Source: Vicinamibacteria bacterium (GTDB taxonomy: Bacteria; Acidobacteriota; Vicinamibacteria; Marinacidobacterales; Marinacidobacteraceae). Taken from it: a DNA stretch of 64,000 nucleotides. The notes under the pieces are model-generated. The model saw only the letters and a program-made list of their open reading frames with translations. It was not told the origin of the DNA and made no database searches. Location: positions 608,001-672,000 of the forward strand of contig CAXXLQ010000004.1 in NCBI GenBank assembly GCA_963668695.2, written 5' to 3'. Below are positions 19,689 to 31,122 of the stretch, one piece after another. Both the position numbers and the translations under genes were made by a program. The stretch's first letter is position 1. Each line of letters starts with the position of its first letter.

Positions 19689-20051
19689 CCGGAGTTCGCT
19701 CCGCATGGGCCGCGGCGCTCCGGGATTGACCATGGCTCGCCGGGATTGACCAGAGTTCCCCCCCGGGAAGGACTCCGCCTCGCTGCAAAAAGGGAATTCC
19801 GGTCTCCGGAAGCTGATTCCCACCAGAACGGAAAGCCCCCGGAAGCCGCCCATCTCCCCAGATACCGGCCGGGAGAGCCCGAATGGGGCTCGGCGTTCGG
19901 TTTCGCGGAAGCGCGTTGCATTCGTTCGCTGCTCCCAGCGCGGTGCAGGAAGGATCACTGGAATCCGCAATATTGACCAGAACTCCCGGTCGGTTTGACC
20001 AGAGCTCCACTCCGGTTTGACCATGGCTCCTGCCGAATTGACCATGGCTCC
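19685..20051. repeat. Seven degenerate TTGACCAKRGCTCC repeats
   Basis: Starts at 19685, 19726, 19746, 19973, 19995, 20017 and 20038. Confidence 0.6.
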
Positions 20052-20093
20052 GCAAAACGGCTGCCAGGCCGCCCGAGGCACGATCGGCGATCT

Positions 20094-20165
20094 TGTCGTG
20101 ATTCGACGACAACACTAGAATGTCTATGAAACACGATATCCTGAGTATGTCGTCGTTCAGCGACA
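20094..20165. promoter_or_regulatory. Three HipB-like operators TGTCG-N8-CGACA
   Basis: Sites at 20094, 20121 (degenerate) and 20148, 27-bp period, directly upstream of the hipB-like gene. Confidence 0.7.
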
Positions 20166-20183
20166 TACCGGAGGGATTGATCC

Positions 20184-20450
20184 ATGTTCATTCGTTCCGC
20201 CCGCACCCTCGGGATGCTCCTGCGCGAGCAGCGACGGCGGCGAGGACTGACCCAGGCGCAGCTCGCCCACCGGGCGGGCGTAAGCCGCCAGTGGCTGAGT
20301 AGTCTCGAACGGGGCCGGGAAGGCGCTGAACTCGGCCGCGTGCTCCGGACGCTGGCGAGCGCCGGGATCGTCCTGAAGTTCCAGGAACGCCCGGCGGCCG
20401 GTCTCGACCTGGACGCCATCATCGAGGCCCACCGGTCGGGGGCGGAATGA
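20184..20450 (+). CDS. HipB-like XRE antitoxin
   Basis: 'LTQAQLA.RAGVSRQWLS.LE.G'; ATGA overlap with hipA-like gene. Confidence 0.88.
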   Translation: MFIRSARTLGMLLREQRRRRGLTQAQLAHRAGVSRQWLSSLERGREGAELGRVLRTLASAGIVLKFQERPAAGLDLDAIIEAHRSGAE

Positions 20451-21718
20451 CCGAACTCGCGGTGGTCGCGAACCGCCGGCTGCTGGGGACCGTGACGCGC
20501 TCTCCCGGCGGCGACCTTTCCTTCGCCTACGAAGCGGCCTGGCGGCGAGATCCGGACGCCTTCACGCTCTCGCTCTCCATGCCGCTCCGGGCCGAACCGT
20601 TCCCGCGCGCCGCGGTCGAGCCGTGGCTCGCCGGCCTCCTCCCCGAAGACGAGGACGTGCTCCGCGCCTGGGGAGTTCGCTTTCAGGTTTCGCGGCGGAA
20701 CATCTTCGGCCTGCTCGGCGAGGTGGGCGAGGACTGCGCGGGCGCCGTGCAGTTCGTGCGGCCGGAGCGGCTCGACCGGGTGCTCGGCTCCGCCCCGCCG
20801 CCCGTCCAGTGGCTGACGACGGACGAGGTCGGGCGCCGGCTCGCCGACATCCGGTTAGACCCGGCGCTCAGCCGCCGCCCCGAAGACCCCGGACGGTTCT
20901 CCCTGCCGGGCGTCCAGCCGAAGACGGCGCTGCTCTTCGACGAGAGCCGGTGGGGCCTCCCCGCCGGGGCGACCCCGACCACCCACATCCTGAAGCCGGA
21001 AAGCCGGCGATTTCCCGGACTGGTCGAGAACGAGTGTCTCTGTCTGCGGCTCGCGCGCGCCGTTGGCCTCCCGGCCGCGACGAGCCGGATGGAGCGTTTC
21101 GGGGATCAGCTCGCGCTGGTGGTAACCCGCTACGACCGCCACAAAGTCGGATCCGATTGGGTCCGCCTCCATCAGGAGGACTTCTGCCAGGCCCTCGGAC
21201 TGTCACCGGAGCGGAAATACGAAAACGAAGGCGGCCCGACGGTGCGCGCGATGGTGGACCTCCTCCGCGCGGAGTCAACGAGGCCCGACGAGGATGTCCG
21301 CAACCTGACGCGCGCGGTGATGTTGAACTGGATACTCGGCGGCACCGATTCCCACGCGAAGAACTTCTCGCTGCTGATCGGCCGCGCCGGGCAGGCCCGG
21401 CTGGCGCCGCTCTACGACATCGCGAGTTTCCTTCCCTATGCAGAGGATCCACGGAGGCTCAAACTCTCGAACCGGATCGGCGGGAAGTACCGCGTCTACG
21501 GCATCGGCCGCCGCCAGTGGGAGCGCTTCCGCACCGAGAACGATCTTCCGTGGGACCCGATGTCGACGTGCCGCGAGCTGACGGGCCGCGTCCTGGACAC
21601 TCTGCCCACCGTGGTCTCCAAGGCCCAGAACGGCCCGGGTGACCGCCGGGTAGTCGAGAAACTCGCCGAGCGGTTGACGAACCGCGCCGAAGCCGCCCTC
21701 GTCCAGCTCCGGGATTGA
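20447..21718 (+). CDS. hipA: HipA-like serine/threonine kinase toxin
   Basis: 'LSLSMP', 'GLLPE', 'GEDCAGAVQF', 'FSLPGVQPK', 'THILKP', 'RLHQEDFCQALG', 'DSHAKNFS', 'LAPLYD'. Confidence 0.92.
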   Translation: MTELAVVANRRLLGTVTRSPGGDLSFAYEAAWRRDPDAFTLSLSMPLRAEPFPRAAVEPWLAGLLPEDEDVLRAWGVRFQVSRRNIFGLLGEVGEDCAGAVQFVRPERLDRVLGSAPPPVQWLTTDEVGRRLADIRLDPALSRRPEDPGRFSLPGVQPKTALLFDESRWGLPAGATPTTHILKPESRRFPGLVENECLCLRLARAVGLPAATSRMERFGDQLALVVTRYDRHKVGSDWVRLHQEDFCQALGLSPERKYENEGGPTVRAMVDLLRAESTRPDEDVRNLTRAVMLNWILGGTDSHAKNFSLLIGRAGQARLAPLYDIASFLPYAEDPRRLKLSNRIGGKYRVYGIGRRQWERFRTENDLPWDPMSTCRELTGRVLDTLPTVVSKAQNGPGDRRVVEKLAERLTNRAEAALVQLRD

Positions 21719-21788
21719 CAAGGAGAGTTGCCAAGAAGCCTGACGACGCCCGATACCAGGGACCGTGGAGCCGCGCGCGGCTGGCGAA

Positions 21789-21890
21789 TATCGGGGCATG
21801 ATTCCGTGCGGATCGAGGCATGATGCGGCACCGATCGACCCGTGATCCGCCTCGATATCGCGGCATGATCGGATCGCGGCATCATCCGCT
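21789..21890. repeat. Five degenerate ATCGCGGCATGATC repeats
   Basis: About 22-bp spacing, downstream of the second hipA. Confidence 0.5.
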
Positions 21891-22172
21891 GACTATGCGA
21901 TTGCGCTACTGAGCAAGTTTGCTCAATAGCGTAATCAGCTCTCGGGCCAGTACGAAGACGCCAGGTAAACCAGACTCGTCGAGCGCCCCGCGGAACCCCC
22001 GCGATTCCGCGCAAGACGCCCGTCACGCGATGAGGCCCGCGGCCGCCGCGCGAGATCGCTACGGCACCCGCCACCAGGGGGCGCCCAGGACTCCGGGAGC
22101 GATCCAACGAATTTCCTCCCCGGAGTGCGGACGTAGCCGTCGAACCACCGCCAGCATCCCGCATCGGTCTTA

Positions 22173-22390
22173 ACAGCCTGTGGCAAAACCCACACGGCGT
22201 TCGACCGGCGATCCATCCCGGCTGAACCGCGTCGCTGCGCGCCGCTCATCGTTGCGTTTCGGTCGAAATACACCCGGGCCAGTTCTCCCGGTGGGGGCTC
22301 CTCCCTCACGCGCCTTGTCAGCCGGGCGCCTCGCCGGCCAGTTCTCCCGGTGGGGGCCTCGGCGCTCACGTGGGTTTCACCACAGGCTGT
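22173..22390. mobile_element. MITE-like family A copy
   Basis: TA|ACAGCCTGTGG...CCACAGGCTGT|TA. Confidence 0.82.
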
Positions 22391-22404
22391 TACGAGTCAG
22401 CGCC

Positions 22405-22549
22405 GGGACCGCGAAGCCGCCCCGCGACTTCGGACCAGATTGGGCGTCACCCCGCCGAGCTCCGGTTCGATCCTTCGCTCAGCCACTGCCCCGAAGATCC
22501 CGGGCGGTTTTCGCTACCCGGCGTCCAGCCGAAGACGGCGCTGCTCTTC
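22405..22549 (+). pseudogene. hipA paralog fragment
   Basis: Encodes 'IGRHPAELRFDPSLSHCPEDPGRFSLPGVQPKTALLF', matching hipA at about 20828-20938; no start or context. Confidence 0.75.
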
Positions 22550-22562
22550 GGGAACGGGCCCG

Positions 22563-22892
22563 TCATCCCCGCGGCGACTCCGCGAACCCGGCCGGAATAT
22601 CCCGCGCCCCGTGCAGCACGCGCCAGACGGCGATGCTCGACTCCTGCTCGGCGTAGAAGATCAGATGCGGGAAGTCCGGGATCCGTCGAAAGCGCAGGCC
22701 GGGCAGCCCCAGTTCGTCGGCGTAACGGGGGGATCCGCTGAGAGGGTGTTCCCCGATGCTGCGGAGGGACTCCTCCACGGCCGCGATGAAATCGAAGGCC
22801 GCGGCAGCACCTCCCTCCATCAGGTAGTGGTCAACCGCCTCTTCGACATCCCGGCTCGCCCGCTCCCGCAGAACGACCGGCTTGCCCGTCAA
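22563..22892 (-). CDS. RelE/ParE family toxin
   Basis: 'A..DVEEA..HY', 'GSPRYA.EL.LPGLR', 'FPHLIFY', 'VWRVLHGARDIP'. Confidence 0.88.
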   Translation of the reverse strand: MTGKPVVLRERASRDVEEAVDHYLMEGGAAAAFDFIAAVEESLRSIGEHPLSGSPRYADELGLPGLRFRRIPDFPHLIFYAEQESSIAVWRVLHGARDIPAGFAESPRG

Positions 22893-23128
22893 CGCGGCCC
22901 GGATGCGCGAACCCGGGCCCGAAGCCGCGCGAAGTACTCGGCATCGGCAGCGGCCGCCTCGGGCGAGGCCGCACCTTCAAGAAGCAGATCGCGGAGACGC
23001 TGCCGATCCCGGTCCTTGCGGATCAACTCACGGACGTACTCGCTGGACGAGCCATAGCCGCGCGGGCTGACCTGGCCGTCCACGAAAGCCTTGAGCGACT
23101 CGGGCAGGGAAATGTTCATCGTGGCCAT
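22889..23128 (-). CDS. ParD-like ribbon-helix-helix antitoxin
   Basis: 'MATMNISLPESLKAFVD.QV..GYGSSSEYVRELIR'; overlaps the toxin start. Confidence 0.9.
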   Translation of the reverse strand: MATMNISLPESLKAFVDGQVSPRGYGSSSEYVRELIRKDRDRQRLRDLLLEGAASPEAAAADAEYFARLRARVRASGPR

Positions 23129-23554
23129 GCGGAGAGGCTGGCGTTCTTGGCAAACTTTGTCAAACCGCGGAGAATGTGCGGCGAAGAGCCGCCCCGAGCA
23201 GCATGGATGGGCGCGGCATCCACCCAGCACCGGGGCCGCCGTTTGGCGCCGGATGTCTGGATGCCGGTCCCCACCGGGAGAAACACCCATGATCGGGTCC
23301 GCCTGTTCACCCCGCCCGCATGAAAAGGTGGTGCGGCACTCACGTTGGCAGGGCCCGGCGTCATCGGCACAGGTTTCGCGCTCCCGCGCGATGCCGACCG
23401 GAGGTCGGCGTTCCCGTGCCTGCACGACACCCTTTCCCCGGGGATATGTGCCGAGACCTGCACCATCCTGGAAGTGAGCGACATGCAGGTTTCGACCGCC
23501 TCTCGGCGGTCGATGCCGGTCTGAAGGCCCCTACCGGGAGAACCGGCCAGCGCT

Positions 23555-23608
23555 CCCTGGATCCCCTGGATCCCCTTGATCCCCTTGATCCCCTGGATCC
23601 CCTGGATC
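23555..23608. repeat. VNTR, 6 x CCCTKGATC
   Basis: Directly visible tandem array 6 bp past the katG stop. Confidence 0.9.
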
Positions 23609-23614
23609 GGGTCG

Positions 23615-25804
<2,190 letters not shown>

Positions 25805-25985
25805 TCACGCTCGCTAGAAGGAGCGGTCCCTCGATCCACGGGAGGGACGGCAGCGAACGGATCGCGTGGAAACGGTCGGTGATCCTATCAATTGCGCGCC
25901 AGTCAGGCACCGAATCCACGAACGCGCGCCAAGTACGCTCTCCGGGCCGTGGGGCTTCCGACGTCCCTGCCGATTGGAGAAGAGC

Positions 25986-27554
25986 ATGAGACACCTCCCG
26001 AGCCAAGCCCTGATCGCCGGAAGCTGCGGGCTATTCGTCGCCGTCGGCGCGGCGGCCCAGACGCCCTATCCCGTGGACCGGGAGATGGTGGCGAAGATCC
26101 GCGAGGAGGGGCTCCACCGGTCCCAGCTTCCGGACACCCTCTCCTACCTGACCGATGTGCTCGGGGGCCGGCTCACCAACTCGGCGGCGATGGACCGGGC
26201 GCAGCGGTGGGCGCTCGAGGAGATGGCCGAGATCGGCCTTGAGAACACGGTCCGCGAGCCCTTCATGAACTACGGGGCGGGCTGGGACAACGAGTACTTC
26301 TCCCTGCACATGACGGCGCCGGTGTACCAGACGCTCGTGGGCTATCCCATCGCCCACACCCCGGGAGCGGACGGACGGCAGGCGCTGGAGGTCGTCATCG
26401 CGGACGTGCGGTCCCGGAACGACCTCGAAGCCCTGCGGGGCAAACTCCGGGGAATGGCGGTCCTCTCGACGCCGCCGGCGACGGTGGACCGAACCCGTTT
26501 CGCTACCGGAACCCCGCCGCGGACCGACGACGAGATGCGCCAGCTCGCCGAGAACGTGCTACCCAGGTTGGCCCAGGATCCCCTCTTCAGCAGCGAGTAC
26601 GCCGACCTTCCGCCCCATCCGGACGCCCTGACCCCGGTCGAACGTCTCGAGTTCTACATTGAAGAGGGCGCAGCCGCAGTGCTCGAGTCCCACAGCGGCT
26701 GGCCGGGCGCCGTGCGGGGGTTCGCCCGCCCGGGCGCCAAGGTGGACAGGTGGGACCGCGACGCGACCCTCGCTTCGCTGCCGATCATCGCGATCACCCC
26801 GGAGCACTACAACCGGATGTACCGCATCCGGCGGCGCGGCCTGCCGGTGACCATCGACCTCGAAGTCCGCAATCGGCACGGAGAGGAAGCGAGCGAGGCG
26901 AGCAACGTCCTGGGAGAGATCCCGGGGTCGGACCGCGCGGACGAAATCGTCATGCTCGGCGCCCATCTCGACAGTTGGCACGCGAGTCCGAACGCGAGCG
27001 ACAACACCTCGGGGGTGGCGGTCATGCTGGAGGCGATGCGCATCCTGAAGGCGGTCGGCGCTCAGCCGCGCCGGACGATCCGAATCGCGCTCTGGTCAGG
27101 CGAGGAACAGGGCATTTTCGGGTCGCGGGCCTACGTGAAGAAGCATTTCGGCGATCCCGGCGATCCGGAGGTGGGGACGAAACCCGACTACGACAACTTC
27201 TCCGTGTACTTCAATCAGGACTACGGCCCCGGCCGCTACCGGGGCGTCTGGCTCCAGGAGAACGAGCACGTGCGACCGATCTTCGAGGCCTGGATGGCCC
27301 CGTTCCACGACTTCGGGATGACCACCCTGGCCCCGGGAAGCGTGGGGAGCACCGACCACGTGCCGTTCGACGACGCGGGGCTGCCAGGTTTCCAGTTCCT
27401 GCAGGCGCGGGTGGGCGGCACCGGGGGCCACACGAACCTCGACTTCTACGACACCCTGCCGATCGACGACCTGAAGAAGAACGCCGTGGTGGTAGCGGCG
27501 TTCGTGTACCACGCGGCGATCGCGGACGAGAAGCTGCCGCGAAAGGGGCGATAG
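25986..27554 (+). CDS. Secreted M28-family metallopeptidase
   Basis: Signal peptide; 'GAHLDSWH', 'SDN', 'GEEQG', 'STDH', late His. Confidence 0.88.
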   Translation: MRHLPSQALIAGSCGLFVAVGAAAQTPYPVDREMVAKIREEGLHRSQLPDTLSYLTDVLGGRLTNSAAMDRAQRWALEEMAEIGLENTVREPFMNYGAGWDNEYFSLHMTAPVYQTLVGYPIAHTPGADGRQALEVVIADVRSRNDLEALRGKLRGMAVLSTPPATVDRTRFATGTPPRTDDEMRQLAENVLPRLAQDPLFSSEYADLPPHPDALTPVERLEFYIEEGAAAVLESHSGWPGAVRGFARPGAKVDRWDRDATLASLPIIAITPEHYNRMYRIRRRGLPVTIDLEVRNRHGEEASEASNVLGEIPGSDRADEIVMLGAHLDSWHASPNASDNTSGVAVMLEAMRILKAVGAQPRRTIRIALWSGEEQGIFGSRAYVKKHFGDPGDPEVGTKPDYDNFSVYFNQDYGPGRYRGVWLQENEHVRPIFEAWMAPFHDFGMTTLAPGSVGSTDHVPFDDAGLPGFQFLQARVGGTGGHTNLDFYDTLPIDDLKKNAVVVAAFVYHAAIADEKLPRKGR

Positions 27555-27737
27555 TGGTTCGGGCTATCCAGGCAGATTGGTTCCGGCGGTGCTGCGGCCG
27601 GGGGTGAACTCGCCGTCCCCGCATACGTCCGGGCCGTAATCGAGAGTAGCCGGGTGGGTCTCGCGGCCTTCGGCCGCGATGCCGGTCAGAGACCGGCCCA
27701 GTTCTCCCGGTGGGGGTTCCGCTGTCGCGCGCCCTTA

Positions 27738-27853
27738 ACAGCCTGTGGTGAAGCCCCGGCGGCGTTCGAGCGGCGATGCATCCCGGCTGAACCGCCCCCC
27801 CACCGGGAGAACTGGCCGCTCTCGGCGCTCACCCGGGTTCCACCACCGGCTGT
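27738..27853. mobile_element. MITE-like family A, internally deleted copy
   Basis: TTAA at both junctions; adjacent REP-like family B copy at 27660-27720. Confidence 0.78.
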
Positions 27854-27911
27854 TAACGCAGATCAGCAGCAGGCGGACCTCCCGCTGTTGCGCGCCTTCA
27901 GGCCGGCGGGC

Positions 27912-29189
27912 TCAGACCTCTCCCTCCCGGCGGTAGGCGTCGGCGAGCAGTTCCACCGGATGGGCGACCTCGGCGTCCAGTCCCGCGCGGCGGACGCCTT
28001 CGGCGAGCTGGAGCTGACAGCCGATGTTCCCGGTGGCGATGAGGTCGGGGCGCGCCGGAGCGATGTTCGCCATCTTGCGGTCGAGGACCGCCATCGAGGT
28101 GTCGTGCCGGGTCACGTTGTAGATCCCGGCGGAACCGCAGCACCGTTCGGGGTCCCGGACCGTCACGAGTTCCACGCCGGGCAGGCTGCGGAGGATCCCG
28201 AGCGGCTCCTCCCGGACCTTCTGGGCGTGGAACAGGTGGCAGGGGGCGTCGTACACGACCCGGAGAGGGTTAGCCCGCGGCCCGACGCCAGGTGGTTCGA
28301 AGCCGTTTTGCGCGAGGAAAGCCGAAACATCGGTGACCCGTTCCGAAAAATCCTCACCGCGCTCTTTGTTTCCGAGCAGCTCGCCGTACTCGGATAGCGC
28401 CGCGCCGCACCCGGCGGCAGTCGTCACCACCGGCAAATCGTCCGGAAACGCGCTCATGTTTCGCCGAGCCAGCGGGCGCGCCAGATCCGGAAGCCCGGCG
28501 TGAATATGGAGCGCCCCACAACACCCCTGCCCCTCCGGAACCACCACTTCCCAGCCGTTCCTCGAGAGCGCCTCCAGCGCCGCCCGGCTCGTCTCCGGAC
28601 GAAGGTGCGGCGCGACGCATCCCAGGAAAAGGGCCACTGTCCCGCGTGTGTCCCCCATCGAAGGGGTCCGCCGCGGCAGACGATCCCGGGCTGGAACATC
28701 CGGCAGCAGCCGCTCGCGCGCCGCGAGCTTCGGGAGCACCCGAGCCAGCATCGGACGGACAAGGCGGCGAAGACCGAGCCTCCCCGCCAGGCGCAACAGC
28801 GACATCGCCGCTTTCAACACCGCGGGCCGGCCCACCACCATCCCGAGCGCAAACCGTTTCAACACCCGCACCCGGAGCGGTTCGACCCGCTCCTCGCTGA
28901 GCAAGCCGCGCACTCCCTCGACGATGGCGCCGACTTCCACCCCCGCCGGACAGACGGTCTCGCAGCCGCGGCAGGCCAGACACTCGTAGAGGTCTTCCGC
29001 CAGACCGTCGCTCGCCGGAAGCCGCCCCTCGAGCAAAGCGCGGGCGTTGAATACCTGCCCACGGGGCGCGAGGGATTCGCGCGGAGCGTTCTCGTAGGCC
29101 GGGCAGGCCGGGAGGCAGAGACCGCAGTGGACGCAAGCGAGCGTCTTCTCGTAGATCCGGAGAGCCTCGCCACCAGTCGGTTGGATCAC
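27912..29189 (-). CDS. glcF: Glycolate oxidase Fe-S subunit-like
   Basis: 'CVHCGLCLPACP', 'CLACRGCETVCP', two CCG domains. Confidence 0.88.
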   Translation of the reverse strand: MIQPTGGEALRIYEKTLACVHCGLCLPACPAYENAPRESLAPRGQVFNARALLEGRLPASDGLAEDLYECLACRGCETVCPAGVEVGAIVEGVRGLLSEERVEPLRVRVLKRFALGMVVGRPAVLKAAMSLLRLAGRLGLRRLVRPMLARVLPKLAARERLLPDVPARDRLPRRTPSMGDTRGTVALFLGCVAPHLRPETSRAALEALSRNGWEVVVPEGQGCCGALHIHAGLPDLARPLARRNMSAFPDDLPVVTTAAGCGAALSEYGELLGNKERGEDFSERVTDVSAFLAQNGFEPPGVGPRANPLRVVYDAPCHLFHAQKVREEPLGILRSLPGVELVTVRDPERCCGSAGIYNVTRHDTSMAVLDRKMANIAPARPDLIATGNIGCQLQLAEGVRRAGLDAEVAHPVELLADAYRREGEV

Positions 29190-29342
29190 GGGGCGAATCT
29201 AACAGCCCGTGGAAAGAGCACCCCGCACGGTTTCCGACGACACCCCAACCGAATCGGACTGGTTCTGCGCGTGCGGGGCGCTCTTCCCACCGGGTGATGG
29301 CGGGAATGCTCAGCGATTCCCGCCATCGTTTCTCGCAGGGAG

Positions 29343-31019
29343 TGTACGAACGAGACATGGGTAACACAGTGGACCGGACACATGGGTAACACTTTGAGAG
29401 CCGTCATCCCGGACGTGATGGTGCGCGGCGGCGGTCTCTGGTGTCCGGACCTGGTCCGGCGGGGCGCCGGCGGGGGAGCGGTGGACCGTTGCGGTTAGGC
29501 GCCACTCCTTCCCGTCCAAATCCCTGCCGGGTTGAAGAGGATCAGGCTGTGGGAAGAGTGGGAAGAGCGTGCGCGTCCCCACCGCCCCCGCCGGACCATG
29601 CCCCCCGCGCTCATGCCCCACGCGTGCGCGCTTTCCACGCTTTCCACAGCGGCGGAACCGTCTCGGCGCTGGGGGCGCGACCCGCTGGGGTCCCGCGCCG
29701 ATCGCCCAGGGTGCGGAAGTCACTCGTCTCACCTTCCCCGTTCCTCGTTGGTTTGCCCAGGCCCGCGCCGCTTCCGACCCGGGTGGAGCAGCTTCCGCGA
29801 GCCACGCTCGATCAGGCCGAGTTCCAGATCCGCGAAGCGCACGACCCAGGGGCCTCCCGGAGTCTCCGCAATCCCGACCGGCTCCCCCGCCAACGCCATG
29901 CTCACGAAGATGTGACGACCGCCCCACTTGATCGAACCATCGCTCCTCACCTGCCGCACCGCATGCTCCGCGGCATACCACGGCTTCGGCAGCGGCTTCG
30001 GATACTCCCGCTCGGAACGACGGTAGAACGTCGCCGGGACCTCCTGACCCAGCGCCTCGTGCGGCCGCCGCTCGTTGAAATCCTCCCGATACCGGTCGAA
30101 CCGCTCCTGCTGCTCCGCTACCGTCGCCGCTGCTGGCCGCGTCGTCTCCTTCTGCAGCGTCGCGTGCATCCGCTCGTGAGACCCGTTCTGGAACGGCTTC
30201 CCCGGATCGATCCGCTCCAACCGGATCCCCGCCTTCACCCAATCCACCGACAACCGCGACAGGCCACCAACCCCCGGCCCCGCGAACGGCGTCCCGTTGT
30301 CCGAGCGCATGGCGCCCGGCACCCCGTAGCGCTCGAACAGCGTCTCCATCTCCTGACGCACTTCCTCCGTCCGAATCGGAAGGATCACCAACGACAGGAT
30401 GAACCGGCTGCTCAAATCCGTGACCGTCAGCGGGTCGCAGCGCACCCCGTCCCGCGTCCGGAACCACCCCTTGAAGTCGATGCCCCAGATGTCGTTCGGG
30501 GCCTTCGGCTCCCGCAGCGGCCCGCTGCGCCTCCACCGCCGCCGCTGGCTACGCCCGTCGGGACTCACCAAGCCCTCCCTGCGGAGCACCTCGCCGATCG
30601 TGCTCGGCGCTGGCCACCCAACTCCCGGATACCGTCTCTCCAACTGCCAGCGCAGCTTCTTCGGGCCCCAGTGCGGCCGCTCCCGACGAACCTCCACGAT
30701 CGCCGCCACCTTTTCCGCAGACAACGCGTTCGCCCGCCGCCGCGGAGCTCGCGACCGGTCCTCCAGACCTCGCGTCCCTTCCTGGTCATACCGCCGCAGC
30801 CACTTGTAGCCCGTCTTCCGGCTCACCCCGAACTGCTCGCACAGCGACGCCACCGAACAATCCCCCCGCAGGCGCGCCACAACGAACTCCTTCCTCAGTT
30901 CCATAGGACTTCTCTCTTTCCAGGGCATCGATCTCCCTCCCGATCGTTGCCCACCATCTCACCAAAACTGTCACCTATGTGTCCGGTCCAAGCTGTTACC
31001 CATGTCTCCGGTCCGCACA
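29343..31019 (-). mobile_element. IS481-family insertion sequence
   Basis: TGT...ACA ends, repeated ACATGGGTAACA subterminal motifs, 4-bp GGAG target duplication. Confidence 0.9.
29729..30928 (-). CDS. IS481-family transposase (rve/DDE)
   Basis: 'MPWKE', HTH 'GVSRKTGYKW', 'W.IDFKG', 'SDNG.PF', 'QNG.HERMH.T', 'RPHEAL'. Confidence 0.93.
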   Translation of the reverse strand: MPWKERSPMELRKEFVVARLRGDCSVASLCEQFGVSRKTGYKWLRRYDQEGTRGLEDRSRAPRRRANALSAEKVAAIVEVRRERPHWGPKKLRWQLERRYPGVGWPAPSTIGEVLRREGLVSPDGRSQRRRWRRSGPLREPKAPNDIWGIDFKGWFRTRDGVRCDPLTVTDLSSRFILSLVILPIRTEEVRQEMETLFERYGVPGAMRSDNGTPFAGPGVGGLSRLSVDWVKAGIRLERIDPGKPFQNGSHERMHATLQKETTRPAAATVAEQQERFDRYREDFNERRPHEALGQEVPATFYRRSEREYPKPLPKPWYAAEHAVRQVRSDGSIKWGGRHIFVSMALAGEPVGIAETPGGPWVVRFADLELGLIERGSRKLLHPGRKRRGPGQTNEERGR

Positions 31020-31122
31020 GGAGGGGAAACCCCTCCCCGCTCCCCGCACCCCTCCCCCGCGGCGCTCCGCGCCGCGGACAAGACCGCTTTCGCCACCGCC
31101 GGCGAAGCACAACGGCGCCCCC

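Noticed and set aside
22405-22549. hipA fragment as a diversity-generating-retroelement template
   Set aside because: Differences are not adenine-specific, many are synonymous, and no reverse transcriptase is present.
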